Origin: Deinococcus sp.
GTDB lineage: Bacteria; Deinococcota; Deinococci; Deinococcales; Deinococcaceae
Length of the DNA stretch: 64,000 bases
NCBI GenBank assembly: GCA_965261005.1
Contig: OZ253375.1
Location: forward strand, 2,240,001-2,304,000
Direction: 5' to 3'
This document shows, piece by piece, positions 1 to 13,893 of this stretch (position 1 is its first letter; the number at the start of each line of letters is the position of its first letter). The translations under genes were made by a program, and so were the position numbers. The notes beneath the pieces were generated by a model. The model was not told where the DNA came from. It made no database searches and was given only the letters and a program-made list of their open reading frames with translations.

Positions 1-19
1 TCAGGGTAAGATGGCCCGG

Positions 20-652
20 ATGCCCGCCCCCGTCACCGTGGTCACGCACCCCCTGGTGCAACACAAGCTCTCTCTTTTGCGCGACGTGAACACCGGCCCC
101 AAGGAGTTCCGCGAGTTGGCCGCTGAGGTCACCTTGCTGCTGGCCTACGAGGCCATGCGCGACTTGGAAACCCAGCAGGTGGAGGTGGAGACCCCGCTGC
201 AAAAGGGCGAGTTTCCCATGTTGGCCGGCAAGAAGTTGGCGATCATCGCCATTCTGCGCGCGGGCCTGATCATGAGCGACTCGATTCTGCGCCTGGTGCC
301 GGCGGCGCGGGTGGGGCACATCGGCCTGTACCGCGACCCCGAGACCCTCTCGCCGGTCGCCTACTACAGCAAGCTGCCGCAGGACATCTTTGATCGGCGC
401 GCCTTTTTGCTGGACCCCATGTTGGCGACCGGGGGCAGCGCCGTGGCGGCCCTCGACATGCTGAGCGAGGCCGGCGCGCAGTCCCCCAAGCTGCTGTGCA
501 TTTTGGCGGTGCCGGAGGGCATACAGAAGGTGCAGGCCGCGCATCCCGACGTCGAGATCGTCACGGCGGCGCTGGACGCGGGCCTGACCGACCACGGCTA
601 CATCTATCCCGGCCTCGGCGACGCCGGGGACCGCATCTACGGAACGAAGTGA
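20..652 (+). CDS. upp: Uracil phosphoribosyltransferase
   Basis: [23 protein letters not shown] and [17 protein letters not shown] motifs. ATG at 20 preferred over ATG at 11 because TAAGAT (7-12) lies 7 nt upstream, suggesting a leaderless start. Confidence 0.96.
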   Translation: MPAPVTVVTHPLVQHKLSLLRDVNTGPKEFRELAAEVTLLLAYEAMRDLETQQVEVETPLQKGEFPMLAGKKLAIIAILRAGLIMSDSILRLVPAARVGHIGLYRDPETLSPVAYYSKLPQDIFDRRAFLLDPMLATGGSAVAALDMLSEAGAQSPKLLCILAVPEGIQKVQAAHPDVEIVTAALDAGLTDHGYIYPGLGDAGDRIYGTK

Positions 653-1782
653 ACGGCGTGGACCTGCTTCAAATGTTGCAGTCCCTCGGGGTCGCGAGTC
701 CCCTCGGCCTGGGCTTTCTCAGCGTGATCCTGACCTTTGTGGCGGCGTGGGGCTTTACGCAGGTCTTCATTCCGCGGGTGCGTGAGTTCGCCATCAGGGT
801 GGGCTGGGCCGACTTGCCCAACGAGCGGCGCCTCAACAAGACGCCGCTGCCCAACGCCGGCGGCTTGGCGATTTTCGCGGGCTTTATCCTGCCGGTGGTC
901 GTGGTGTGGGCCTTGCGGCCCATCGGCGTTCCGGAAGTGAAAATCCAGGTGCTGGCTATTTTGCTGGGCGGCGCGCTGGTGACGATGGTCGGCTTCATCG
1001 ATGATCAGTTCGATTTGCCGCCGCTGTTTCGCCTGGGCATGCAGTTTGTCTCCGCGCTCCTCTTGGTCGTCAACGGCCTGACCATAGACCTTTCGACCGT
1101 GTCGTTCTTGCCCACCATTCCGCACGGGGTACTTGAACCCCTCAACATCGCCGTGACGCTGCTCTGGCTGGTGGGCATCACCAACGCCTTTAATCTGCTC
1201 GACGGCGTGGACGGCGTGGTGGGTGGGATCGGTTTTATTTCCAGCATGGTGCTGCTCGTCGTGGCTGCACAGTTTCCTGATCGTGGGGCGGCGGTGGTGC
1301 TGCTCGCAGGCTTGGCGGGCGCGTCGCTCGGTTTTTTGCGGTACAACTTCAATCCGAGCCGCATCATCATGGGGGACGCCGGCGCCTATCTGTTTGGCTT
1401 TACGCTCGCCGCCGTGGCGTTGCTCGGAACGCTCAAGGCGAGCGTCGGCTATTCGCTGCTCGCTCCCCTGCTCATCCTCGCCCTGCCGATTCTCGACACG
1501 ACACAAGTCGTGGTCCGTCGCTTGGCGCAGGGCAAGAATCCGCTGTCTCATCCTGGCAAGGACCACTTGCATCATCGTCTGCTCGCCAGCACGAGCGCGC
1601 GCCGTACGGCCGTGATCATGTGGGTCATCACGCTGAGCTTCAGCGTCGTGGGCATGCTCACGCAAGGCGTGGCGTGGCGGGTCGTGCTGGTTACAGTTCT
1701 CCTGATTGCGGGATGCCTGAGCTGGGTGGCGCTGCGACGGGTACGCGCCTTGAAGCGCGAACCCAAGGAAAATCCCACTTGA
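649..1782 (+). CDS. MraY/WecA (TagO) family undecaprenyl-phosphate GlcNAc-1-phosphate transferase
   Basis: Multi-TM protein with [22 protein letters not shown] and HLHHRL motifs; GTG start overlaps the upp stop (GTGA). Confidence 0.9.
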   Translation: MNGVDLLQMLQSLGVASPLGLGFLSVILTFVAAWGFTQVFIPRVREFAIRVGWADLPNERRLNKTPLPNAGGLAIFAGFILPVVVVWALRPIGVPEVKIQVLAILLGGALVTMVGFIDDQFDLPPLFRLGMQFVSALLLVVNGLTIDLSTVSFLPTIPHGVLEPLNIAVTLLWLVGITNAFNLLDGVDGVVGGIGFISSMVLLVVAAQFPDRGAAVVLLAGLAGASLGFLRYNFNPSRIIMGDAGAYLFGFTLAAVALLGTLKASVGYSLLAPLLILALPILDTTQVVVRRLAQGKNPLSHPGKDHLHHRLLASTSARRTAVIMWVITLSFSVVGMLTQGVAWRVVLVTVLLIAGCLSWVALRRVRALKREPKENPT

Positions 1783-2908
1783 CCCCAAAAGACAAAAATA
1801 TAGTGGTCGCCTTCGGCACCCGGCCCGAGGCGACCAAAATGGCCCCGGTGATCGCGGCCCTGCGGGCAGAAGCCGGCCTCTGCCCGGTGGTCCTGGTGAC
1901 GGGGCAGCAGCGCCAGCAGCTTGACAGCGCGCTCGCGGTCTTCGGCATCGCCCCCGACGCCGACCTCGACGTGATGACCGAGCGCCAAACGCTGCCGGGC
2001 CTGACCGGGCGCATCATCCCGGCGGCGGCGGCCAAGCTGCGCGAATTGGAAGCCGACATGGTCCTGGTCCACGGCGACACCACCACGACCTTCTGCTTGG
2101 CCTACGCCGCCTTTGTCGAGCAAATTCCCGTGGGGCACGTCGAGGCCGGTCTGCGTAGCGGCTCCCTACGCGAGCCGTTCCCGGAAGAGGCCAACCGCAA
2201 GCTGACGAGCGTCCTGACGACCCTCGACTTCGCCCCGACCGCCCTCAGCAAGACGAACCTGCTGCGCGAGGGGAAGGGCGAGGCGGGCATCTTCGTGACC
2301 GGCCAGACCGCCGTGGACGCCGTGCGGGCCGTGGCCGAGCGCTCGCCGCTGCGGCCGGGGTGGGCCGGCAAGCGCTTGGTCGCCGTGACCATGCACCGCC
2401 GCGAGAACCTGCCGGTGATGGCGGACTTGGCCTGGGCTTTGAAGGAAGTGGCCCTGAACCACCCCGAGCGGCACTTCGTCTACCCGGTCCACCTCAACCC
2501 CGCCGTGCGTGAGGCGGTGTATCCCGCGCTGTCGGGCCTGCCCAACTTCGAGCTTGTGGAACCCCTGGCTTACGACGAAATGGCCGCCCTGATGGCCGCC
2601 TCCGAACTGCTGGTCACCGACTCGGGCGGTCTTCAGGAGGAGGGGGCCAGCCTGGGCGTGCCGGTGGCGGTGCTGCGCAACGTGACCGAGCGCCCCGAGG
2701 GCCTCACGGCCGGGGTGTTGCGCCTGGCCGGCAACGCGCCGGGGGAGGTGACGCGGGTGCTGGAGGACCTGCTTTCCAATGAGGCCGAGCTGGCGGGCAT
2801 GCGCGGGCGCCCCAACCCCTACGGCGACGGCCACGCCGGCGAGCGGGTGGCGCGGGCGGTGGCGTGGCACTTCGGGCTGGCGGGGCGGCCGGGGGACTGG
2901 GAAGCGAG

Positions 2909-2912
<4 letters not shown>
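1779..2912 (+). CDS. wecB: Non-hydrolysing UDP-N-acetylglucosamine 2-epimerase
   Basis: [34 protein letters not shown] and NPYGDG motifs; TTG start overlaps the upstream stop. Confidence 0.95.
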
Positions 2913-4304
<1,392 letters not shown>

Positions 4305-4315
<11 letters not shown>

Positions 4316-5411
4316 GCTGCCCGCCCTTGCCCCTGGCGTAGGTCCGGCCCTTCCAGCTGTAGGTTTTCCCCAGCGCCCGCAGGTACACCGGCAAGGTCGC
4401 CAGCGGTGTCAGGGGGGTCAGCGGCACCTCGGCGAGGTCGGCCCAGGAGGTGCGCCCGGTCTTGAAATTGACCAGCAGCCGTTCCAGCAGGGTCAGCAGG
4501 GCCAAGCGGCGCCACCTCGGGAAGCGCCAGCCCAGCAGCCACGGCAGGCTGTAGGCCAGCAGATGCCAAACCCACGACAAGACCAGCAGCGCCCGCACGT
4601 CGCCGTGCGCGGCCGGCAAGCTCTTGGCGAAGCCGGCCACCGACTCCGGGTAGTTGCGGTAGAGCCGCACGTGGGCGAGGTCGCCGCCCAGCGCGACCGC
4701 CAAGCGCGCGCCGCGCGCCTTGAGCTTGGCGGCGAGGCGCACGTCCTCCAGCACCTCGCCCCGCACCAAGCGGTGCCCCCCCGCGCGGCGATAGCGCGCC
4801 GCCCAAAAGGCCATCAGTTGTCCGCTGCCCGCCGACGCGGACGCGAAGGGCAGCCGGATGAGGGGGGCCGGCAGCAGCGAGAGCAGCACGTCGTCGGCGA
4901 GCGGCGCGACCAGCCGCTCGCCGGGGGAGCGGGCCTCTTGGCGGGGCCAGACCGACAGCAGATCGGCCCCTGAGCGGGTCAGCTCCCCCAACACCGCCCC
5001 GAGGGCGCCGGGCTGCCAGCACACGTCGGCGTCGCTGAAAATCAGCACGTCGCCGCGCGCAACCCCGGCCAGCTGATGGCAGGCCCACGGCTTGCCCAGC
5101 CAGCCTGCCGGCAGGGGCCGCCCTTCAATCACCCGCGCGCCGAGGTCGCGGGCGATCTTGGCGGTGGCGTCCCTTGACCCGTCGTCCAGCACGATCACCT
5201 CGAAGGCGCCCTGTGCCAGCAGCGTGGGCAGCGTGCGCGGCAGGTTGTGCGCCTCGTCGCGGGCGGGGACCAGAATGGAGGCGCGAGGCCACCCCGGTAT
5301 GGGGGCGGACCGGAGCACCGGAAAGGTCAGCAAATTCACGGCCAGCGTGCCCAACTTATACAGCAAGAAGCCCAGGATCAGGGTGTGCAAATTGGGGGGG
5401 CGCAGCTTCAC
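4305..5411 (-). CDS. GT2 glycosyltransferase, probable carotenoid glycosyltransferase (CruC-like)
   Basis: [27 protein letters not shown] and LEDV motifs; GTG start at 5411 overlaps the upstream stop; operon context. Confidence 0.85.
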
Positions 5412-6058
5412 ATGCGCTCCCAAGCGTCCAGCAACCGGCCCAGCGCCCAACCGGCTCGGGCGGCCTTTTCCGAGGCGCTGGCCGCCCCGCGCGTCAGGCG
5501 CAGGTAGCCGGGCAGGGGGGCTTCGGGATCGTCCGCCGCCAAGTCGGCGTCGAGGGCGGCCAGCACGCCGGCCAGGTCCCCCGCCAAGTCCCCGGTGAAG
5601 CGGCCAATTCTCAGGTACGCCTCGGGGTGTTCCTGACCGCGCAGCACCACGCGCAGGGCGACCGGCACGAGGGGCACGTTCGCCGCGCGGGCCAGCCACT
5701 CGGCGCCGGGGCGCAGCGGTCCCAGCCTGCCCGGCGCGTTCAGGTGGCCCTCGGGAAAGACCCACAGCCACTCGCTCCCGGCCCGCCTGAGCGCCGGGCG
5801 CAACTCCCCCGCGCCCAGCACGCCCAGGCTGCGAAAAAATGGAAAGCGCGCCAACTGAACCTCGTCCATCAGCACGTTGATCCGCTGCCCACAGGACCAG
5901 CTCACCTCGCCCAGCACGTAGCCGTCCCACCAGGAGTGGTGGTTGGGGGCCAGGACCGCGCCGCCCTGTGGCAGCCCGCCGCGCAGCCACACCCCGCGCA
6001 GCTCGCGCCGCACGCTGCGGCGGATCAGCGCGCGAAGGCCAGCCGCGACGAGGTCCAC
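5408..6058 (-). CDS. Lysophospholipid acyltransferase-family protein, probable carotenoid-glycoside acyltransferase (CruD-like)
   Basis: NHHSWWDG (HxxxxD) and VFPEG acyltransferase motifs; GTG start at 6058; operon context. Confidence 0.85.
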   Translation of the reverse strand: MDLVAAGLRALIRRSVRRELRGVWLRGGLPQGGAVLAPNHHSWWDGYVLGEVSWSCGQRINVLMDEVQLARFPFFRSLGVLGAGELRPALRRAGSEWLWVFPEGHLNAPGRLGPLRPGAEWLARAANVPLVPVALRVVLRGQEHPEAYLRIGRFTGDLAGDLAGVLAALDADLAADDPEAPLPGYLRLTRGAASASEKAARAGWALGRLLDAWERM

Positions 6059-7470
6059 GCCACCCCCCCCATCGCCAGGAACGTCACCAGCGCGGCGGGC
6101 CACAGGCCCAGCAGCAGCAGGCCGGCGGGCAGCATCAGGGCTTCCACCCGGTAGGCCCAGGCCCAGCCCGCCGGCGGCCGGGCCAACTCCGGGGCGAGGC
6201 GCGCGATCAGCCATCCCAGCAAGCTGCCCACCACGAACCAGCCGAGGAAGTTGGTCAGCGGCACGCCGTAGTAAATACCCCCGGCGCCGCCCCAGGCCCA
6301 AAAGCCGCGCGCCGTCATCAGCGGCTCCATGCCGAAGTCGAGCGCGACCATCATGGCGCCGACCCAGAGGGGTCGCCCGCCCGTCAGGGCCACCGCCGCC
6401 GCCGTGATCCACCACCAGCCCAGCGGCACCAGCAGGGGAACGCCCAGCAGCGTCGGGCCGGGCGGGTCATAGCTGTAGTGGCCGAAGGGAAAGCCGGTGC
6501 GGCTGCCCAGCACCTCGACGCCGAGGCCGATGCCAAAGGCCAGGGCCGCCAGCCCCAAAGCGCGCACCCCGACGCGCTCCCAGGCCCACGCCAGAGCGGC
6601 CAGCGCGATGCACAAGGTCGAGAGCGTCGCCAGCCAAGGGAAGGCGGCCGGCCACAGCGGTACCGGAACGCGGACCAACACCGAGAGGCCGAGGAGGGCC
6701 ATCCAGGGCCGGACCGCGCGCCGTAATTGTCCTATTCGCTCCAGCGCGACCGGGTGCAGAAACAGCAGCAGCCCGGTCACGACCAGCAAGTTGGTGATGA
6801 AAAAGAAGACGGCCTCCTCCAGCGGCAGCCCGAACAAATTCAGCCCCGTCGTGTAACGCGCCGAGATGCCCCAGATGCCCGCCCGGATGGCGAAGAGGTC
6901 GGTCCCCCACAGGTATAGGGTGGGCGGCAGCAGCGCCAGCCAAAAGGTGCGCGCGCTGCCCAGCACCAGGTCGCCCCCAAAGGCCCACTGCGCCGCCAGC
7001 ACCGGGCAGGCCCACGCCAGGATCAGCCCCAGGTAAAAGGTCGGCTCAGTTCTCAGCATCAGCGCGCCGGCAAAGGAAAGGCCCAGCAGCAGCGCCGCCC
7101 CACCCCAGCGCGTGAGCGGGGAGGCCACCCTGGGCGGTCCCCCCCGCCGCAGCCAGAAGTACAGCCACAGCCCCGCGATCAGCGTTTGCAGGATAAAAAA
7201 GGCGTACTCCTCGAAGGGCACGTAGCCGATTCGCCCCAGCACCCGCTCGGGCGGGTAGTTCCAAACCGCCTTGTAGACCAGGTAGTTGTCCCACGGCGTC
7301 GTGTAGATCAGCGAGATCAGCGGCAGCAGCCAGAAAAAGCCCCAGGCCCAGCGGTTCTGAGGTCGGTAGGCGCCCGCCGCCGGCGAGGAGCGCGTCTCGC
7401 GCCAGGTAATGAACACCAGCAGCGCCAGGAGAGGCAGCACGAAGACGAGGTGGAACTGGAGGTAGGTCAT
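6025..7470 (-). CDS. Fusion of tandem membrane lycopene cyclase domains (CrtYc/Yd type) with a C-terminal carotenoid 1,2-hydratase (CruF-type) domain
   Basis: N-terminal [10 protein letters not shown]...VPFEEYAFF and a second repeat [10 protein letters not shown] (cyclase); C-terminal [31 protein letters not shown] and [12 protein letters not shown] (CruF). Confidence 0.85.
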   Translation of the reverse strand: MTYLQFHLVFVLPLLALLVFITWRETRSSPAAGAYRPQNRWAWGFFWLLPLISLIYTTPWDNYLVYKAVWNYPPERVLGRIGYVPFEEYAFFILQTLIAGLWLYFWLRRGGPPRVASPLTRWGGAALLLGLSFAGALMLRTEPTFYLGLILAWACPVLAAQWAFGGDLVLGSARTFWLALLPPTLYLWGTDLFAIRAGIWGISARYTTGLNLFGLPLEEAVFFFITNLLVVTGLLLFLHPVALERIGQLRRAVRPWMALLGLSVLVRVPVPLWPAAFPWLATLSTLCIALAALAWAWERVGVRALGLAALAFGIGLGVEVLGSRTGFPFGHYSYDPPGPTLLGVPLLVPLGWWWITAAAVALTGGRPLWVGAMMVALDFGMEPLMTARGFWAWGGAGGIYYGVPLTNFLGWFVVGSLLGWLIARLAPELARPPAGWAWAYRVEALMLPAGLLLLGLWPAALVTFLAMGGVAWTSSRLAFAR

Positions 7471-7509
7471 GCGGTTGGAGCGTGGGAACGGCGCACGGCG
7501 CTTCGCCTA

Positions 7510-7547
7510 CCCTCCCTCCCAACCTCCCCCCGCAAGGGGGGGAGGGG
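7510..7547. repeat. REP-like palindrome (CCTCCCCCC-GCAA-GGGGGGGAGG), copy 1
   Basis: GC hairpin with GCAA tetraloop in the crtO/cyclase intergenic gap; a related copy lies in inverted orientation at 15201-15238. Confidence 0.7.
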
Positions 7548-7567
7548 CCATGCGGGCACTATCGCTC

Positions 7568-9106
<1,539 letters not shown>

Positions 9107-9395
9107 AAGTTCCTCCGCTGCGGGCAGTCTAGCGGCGCGGCGTGAGGGGCGAACGTGCCATATCCGGCAGATGGGGCGGGGTCCAGAATGCTCAGCCTCT
9201 ATGGTTTTTAGGAGGGCTGTGATTTTTAGGAGAGCTGTTGGAATTTCAGCCCTCCCATTTTCTGACCCCTGCCGCACGGCGCTTTGTGGTCTTGGCCGCC
9301 CTAAAAGTTTTCGCGCTCCCCAAGCTTCGCGCCGCCGTGTATTAGGCTGGGCCATTGCCGCGCCGCTCACCGTGGCGTGGCCGGAGGGAATTTCT

Positions 9396-10631
9396 ATGCG
9401 AACCTACTACACCTCGGAATCGGTGTCCGAAGGGCACCCGGATAAGCTGGCCGACTTCATCTCCGACAGCATTCTGGACGAGTTTCTGCGCCAGGAGCCG
9501 AGCGCGCGGGTCGCCTGCGAGACGCTGGTCACGACCGGCATGGCGGTGGTGGCCGGCGAGGTGACAGCCCAGCACGCCCACGTGGACGTGCAAAAGGTGG
9601 TGCGCGAGGCGGTCAAGCAGGTGGGCTACACCCAGGCCAACTACGGCTTCGACGCCGAGTACAGCGCGGTGCTGGTGAGCCTACACGAGCAGAGCGCCGA
9701 CATCGCCTCCGGCGTCAACGAATCCGAGGAGTGGCGCGCCCTGAGCGAGTCTGAGCGCGCCCTCCCCGAACACCGCTTCAGCCACGTTGGCGCGGGGGAC
9801 CAGGGCTTGATGTTCGGCTACGCGACCGACGAGACGCCCGAATTGATGCCGCTGCCGATCACGCTGGCGCACGGCCTGACCCGCCGCATCGCCGAGCTGA
9901 GAAAAAGCGGCGAGCTGCCCTACCTGCGCCCCGACGCCAAGGCCCAGGTGACGGTGGTGCGCGAGGATGAGACCGGGTCTACTCAGGACCTGTGGGTGGA
10001 CACCGTCGTGATTTCGGTGCAGCACGACGAGAACGTGTCGCAGGAGAAGATTCGCGCCGACATGACCCTGCGCGTGATTGGGAGCGTTATTCCCGCAGAA
10101 TTGCTGCGGGAGGGAACCAAGTTCTTTATCAACCCGTCGGGCCAGTTCGTGATCGGCGGGCCGCACGGCGACACCGGCCTGACCGGGCGCAAGATCATCG
10201 TGGACACCTACGGGGGCGCGGTGCCGCACGGCGGGGGCGCCTTCAGCGGCAAGGACCCGACCAAGGTGGACCGCTCGGGCGCCTACTACGCGCGCTACAT
10301 CGCCAAGAACTTGGTCGCGGCGAGCTTGGCGAAAAAAGCTTTGGTCGAGATCGCCTACGCCATCGGCCGCGCCCACCCGGTGTCCATGCGGGTGGACAGC
10401 TTTGGCACCGGGGCGGTGAGTGATGAGCGGCTGGCCGAGTTGGTGGGCCAACACTTCGACGCGCGCCCGCAGGCCATCATCGAGAACCTCGATTTGCTGC
10501 GCCCCATCTACGCCCGGACGGCCGCCTACGGCCACTTCGGGCGCCCCGAGTTTCCGTGGGAGCGGACCGACAAGGTGGAGGCGCTGCGCTCGGCAATAGG
10601 CGCGGCTGTGGACGCGGTTGTTACGCCTTGA
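9396..10631 (+). CDS. metK: S-adenosylmethionine synthetase
   Basis: [27 protein letters not shown] and [25 protein letters not shown] upstream of ATG 9396. Confidence 0.98.
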   Translation: MRTYYTSESVSEGHPDKLADFISDSILDEFLRQEPSARVACETLVTTGMAVVAGEVTAQHAHVDVQKVVREAVKQVGYTQANYGFDAEYSAVLVSLHEQSADIASGVNESEEWRALSESERALPEHRFSHVGAGDQGLMFGYATDETPELMPLPITLAHGLTRRIAELRKSGELPYLRPDAKAQVTVVREDETGSTQDLWVDTVVISVQHDENVSQEKIRADMTLRVIGSVIPAELLREGTKFFINPSGQFVIGGPHGDTGLTGRKIIVDTYGGAVPHGGGAFSGKDPTKVDRSGAYYARYIAKNLVAASLAKKALVEIAYAIGRAHPVSMRVDSFGTGAVSDERLAELVGQHFDARPQAIIENLDLLRPIYARTAAYGHFGRPEFPWERTDKVEALRSAIGAAVDAVVTP

Positions 10632-10704
10632 ACAGAAGTTGCCCCTTTTCATGTCCGCTCGGGTAGGCTCAGGACATCCCTTCGCCCCTCAACGGAGCCA
10701 TCAC

Positions 10705-12729
10705 GTGACCAGCCCTGCCAGCCCCGCCTATCCCGCCCTGCCCGAAAGCGCCTTTCTGAACCGAGAGGTGTCCTGGCTCGCCTTCAACGAGCGCGTGCTG
10801 TTTGAAGCCCAGGACGAGCGCAATCCCCTCCTAGAGCGGCTCAAGTTCGCCTCCATCGCGGGCAGCAACCTCGACGAGTTCTTCATGGTGCGGGTGGCTG
10901 GCATTCACCGCCAGATCGCGGCGGGCGTGACCCTGAAAAGTCCCGACGGCCTGACGCCCACGGAGGCCCTCGCGCAGGTGCGGGTACGGGCGCGCGAGAT
11001 GCTGCGCAAGACTGAACGGGTTCTCAGCGCCATCCTACGCCAACTGCGCGAGGCGGGCGTCAAGCTGACCCGGGTGCGCGACCTGAGCGCGCGGGCAAGG
11101 GCCAAGCTGCGCGAAATGTATCTGGCGCAGATTCAGCCGGTCCTGACCCCGCTGGCGGTGGACCCCAGCCACCCCTTTCCGTACCTCTCGAACCTCAGCC
11201 TGAATCTGGCCGTCACGCTGGCGGACGGCGAGGAAAGCGACTTCGCCAGGGTCAAGGTGCCGGTGGGCGTATTGCCGCGCGTGGTGGAGCTGGGGGGGCA
11301 ATACTTGCTGCTGGAGGACGTGATCGCCGCCCACCTGCCGGACCTGTTTCGCGGGCGCACGGTGCTCCAGAGCCACGTCTTCCGGGTCACGCGCAACACC
11401 GACTACGAGTTCGAGGAGGAGGAGGCCGAGGACCTGCTCCAGACCATCGAGGAGGGCTTGCGCCGGCGCCGCTTCGGGGCCGCCGTGCGGCTGGAGATCA
11501 CCCGCGACATGCCGCAGGGCGTGCGCGATCTGCTGCGCGACAAGCTGCGGGTCGCCCCCGACGACGTGTTCGAGCTGGGCGGCCCGCTGGGCGCGGCGGA
11601 CTTCATCACCTGGGACCTTCCCCGGCCGGATTTGGCCTACCCGCCCTTCGCCCCGCACGTGCCCGATTTGGAGGGCGATGAGGAGGACATCTTTACCACC
11701 CTGCGCCGGGGGGACGTGCTGCTGCACCACCCCTACGACAGCTTTGAGGGCGTGCTGCGCTTTCTGGAGACGGCGGCGGCCGACCCGGACGTGCTGGCGA
11801 TCAAGCAGACCCTGTACCGCACCGGGGGTGACGAGCGGCTCTTCAACGTCCTCAAGAGCGCCGCCGAGCGCGGCAAGCAGGTGGTGGCCCTGATCGAACT
11901 CAAGGCCCGCTTCGACGAGCAGCGCAACATCGCCTGGGCGCGCGCCCTGGAGCGCGCCGGGGCGCACGTCGTCTACGGCCTGACCGGTCTCAAGACCCAC
12001 GCCAAGGTGACGCTGGTGGTGCGGCGCGAGGGGGGCGAGCTGCGGCGCTACACCCACGTCGGCACCGGCAACTACAACCCGCGCACCGCGCGCTTATATA
12101 CCGACTTCAGCTTGCTCACGAGTGACGCCGACATCGGCGAGGACGTCAGCCACCTGTTCAACCACCTGACCGGCTACGCCGAGGCCGAGTACCACACCCT
12201 GCTGGTCGCCCCCGACACGGCCCGCGAGCAATTGGAGGCGCTGATCCAGGGTGAGATCGAGCGTGCGGAGAAGGGCCAGCCCGCCTGGATCAAGGCCAAG
12301 ATGAACCAGCTGAGCGACCCCGGCATGATCGCCGCCCTCTACCGCGCCTCGCGGGCGGGCGTGCGGGTGGACCTCCTCGTGCGCGGGGTGTGCTGCCTGC
12401 GTCCCGGCGTGCCGGGCCTGTCGGAGACCATCACGGTCCGCAGCCTGCTGGGGCGCTTTCTGGAACACGCCCGCCTGTACGCCTTTGCGGGGGGCGGCGT
12501 CTACTTCGGCAGCGCCGACCTGATGAGCCGCAACCTCAACCGCCGCGTCGAGGTGATCGCCCCGGCCTGCGGCGAGGCGTACCAGGAGCGGCTGCTCGCC
12601 GTCTTCGCCACCGAGTGGGCCGACCAGCGCGGCAGTTGGCAGCTGAACGAGAACGGCAGCTACAGCAAGCTGGGGGGGGACTTCAGCGCGCAGGGGGCGT
12701 TTATGCGCGGGGAGTACGTGGAACCGTGA
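10705..12729 (+). CDS. ppk1: Polyphosphate kinase 1
   Basis: NREVSWLAFNERVL, SNLDEFFMVRVAG, HHPYDSF, ELKARFDE, KTHAK and GTGNYN; GTG start with a GGAG RBS. Confidence 0.97.
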   Translation: MTSPASPAYPALPESAFLNREVSWLAFNERVLFEAQDERNPLLERLKFASIAGSNLDEFFMVRVAGIHRQIAAGVTLKSPDGLTPTEALAQVRVRAREMLRKTERVLSAILRQLREAGVKLTRVRDLSARARAKLREMYLAQIQPVLTPLAVDPSHPFPYLSNLSLNLAVTLADGEESDFARVKVPVGVLPRVVELGGQYLLLEDVIAAHLPDLFRGRTVLQSHVFRVTRNTDYEFEEEEAEDLLQTIEEGLRRRRFGAAVRLEITRDMPQGVRDLLRDKLRVAPDDVFELGGPLGAADFITWDLPRPDLAYPPFAPHVPDLEGDEEDIFTTLRRGDVLLHHPYDSFEGVLRFLETAAADPDVLAIKQTLYRTGGDERLFNVLKSAAERGKQVVALIELKARFDEQRNIAWARALERAGAHVVYGLTGLKTHAKVTLVVRREGGELRRYTHVGTGNYNPRTARLYTDFSLLTSDADIGEDVSHLFNHLTGYAEAEYHTLLVAPDTAREQLEALIQGEIERAEKGQPAWIKAKMNQLSDPGMIAALYRASRAGVRVDLLVRGVCCLRPGVPGLSETITVRSLLGRFLEHARLYAFAGGGVYFGSADLMSRNLNRRVEVIAPACGEAYQERLLAVFATEWADQRGSWQLNENGSYSKLGGDFSAQGAFMRGEYVEP

Positions 12730-13310
12730 GCGCCCCGAACCTGAAGCCGATGAGCGTCGAGGAGTACCTGCGCACCGAGGAGGCCAGCCCCATCAAGCGT
12801 GAGTACGTGGGCGGCTTCGTGTACCCGCTGCATGGCGCGACCAGAGGGCAGGCCGGGGCCAGCCGCGCCCACATCGTCATCGTCAGCAACATCGTTCGTG
12901 CGCTCGGGGACGCCGCAGACGCGCGGGGCTGCTACCTCTACACCTCAGAAATGAAGCTCTTCATCGAGGGGGCCAGCGCCTTTTACTACCCCGACGTGAT
13001 GCTGGTCTGCGACCCGGCCGACGAGAACCCGGAGACGATGTACGAAACGGCGCCCTGCCTGCTCATCGAGGTCGCTTCCAAAAGCACGGCCCGCAACGAC
13101 CGCCTCGCCAAATACATGGCCTACACCGCCCTGCCCACCTTGCAAACCTACCTGATCGTGGAACAGACCGAGCGGCGCATCTACGCCTATGAACGCGAGG
13201 GCCAGAGCTGGAAACTGCGCGAGCTGATCGGCGGCGGCAGCGCCCCCGTGCCCTGCCTGAATCGCAGCTTGAGCTTGGACGAGGTGTATAGGAACGTCGC
13301 ACTGGCATGA
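12726..13310 (+). CDS. Uma2-family (PD-(D/E)xK) endonuclease-like protein
   Basis: MSVEEYL..EE...KREYVGG, YYPDV, LIEVAS.ST...DR..K..AY; GTG overlaps the ppk1 stop. Confidence 0.9.
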   Translation: MSAPNLKPMSVEEYLRTEEASPIKREYVGGFVYPLHGATRGQAGASRAHIVIVSNIVRALGDAADARGCYLYTSEMKLFIEGASAFYYPDVMLVCDPADENPETMYETAPCLLIEVASKSTARNDRLAKYMAYTALPTLQTYLIVEQTERRIYAYEREGQSWKLRELIGGGSAPVPCLNRSLSLDEVYRNVALA

Positions 13311-13347
13311 AGAGCTTGCAAAGCGCGCTTGTGCAAAGCTGAGCAAC

Positions 13348-13893
13348 ATGCTTGACTTCATCTCGCTCAGCAAAACGGTTTCCCATGCGCTGCGGCACGA
13401 GCCTTGGCTGTACGAGCTTGAACTCGACGATCAAGGTTGGGTGCCAATTGAGGCGCTTCTTCGGGCGCTCGGTGATGAGCGCACCACGTGGAAAAACCTT
13501 ACGCCGAATGACCTCGCCAGCATGATCGAGCGTTCCGAGAAGAAACGCCACGAGATTCGGGACGGCAAGATTCGCGCTGCCTACGGGCACTCGACGCCGC
13601 AGCGGCTGTTGCGCGAACCGGCCGAGCCGCCCACGGTGCTGTACCACGGCACTGCCCCAGAAACGGCGGAAATTATCAAGACTGAAGGTTTGCGCCCGAT
13701 GGGCCGACAGTATGTCCATCTTTCCGCCGATCTTGCGACGGCCCAGCAGGTCGGGTCCCGCAAGGCGAAGAAGCCTATTGTTCTGACGGTCCAAGCAAAG
13801 GCTGCCCACGCCGCCGGCGTCGCCTTTTATCGCGGCGGCGAATTGGTGTGGTTGGCCGACGTAGTACCTCCCGCTTATATAAGCGCCCTTTAA
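13348..13893 (+). CDS. kptA: NAD-dependent RNA 2'-phosphotransferase (Tpt1/KptA)
   Basis: LSK..S..LRH.P, GWV, K.R.E, IRA.YGHS, LYHGT, GLRPMGRQYVHLS and VWLADVVPP motifs. Confidence 0.93.
   Translation: MLDFISLSKTVSHALRHEPWLYELELDDQGWVPIEALLRALGDERTTWKNLTPNDLASMIERSEKKRHEIRDGKIRAAYGHSTPQRLLREPAEPPTVLYHGTAPETAEIIKTEGLRPMGRQYVHLSADLATAQQVGSRKAKKPIVLTVQAKAAHAAGVAFYRGGELVWLADVVPPAYISAL

Noticed and set aside
9107..9395. SAM-I riboswitch upstream of metK, and N-terminal extensions of crtO and metK
   Set aside because: No SAM-I core (AUC-AGAG...GCAACC...GUGC) is visible; both genes have good SD-start pairs at 9106 and 9396, so the extensions are treated as intergenic.
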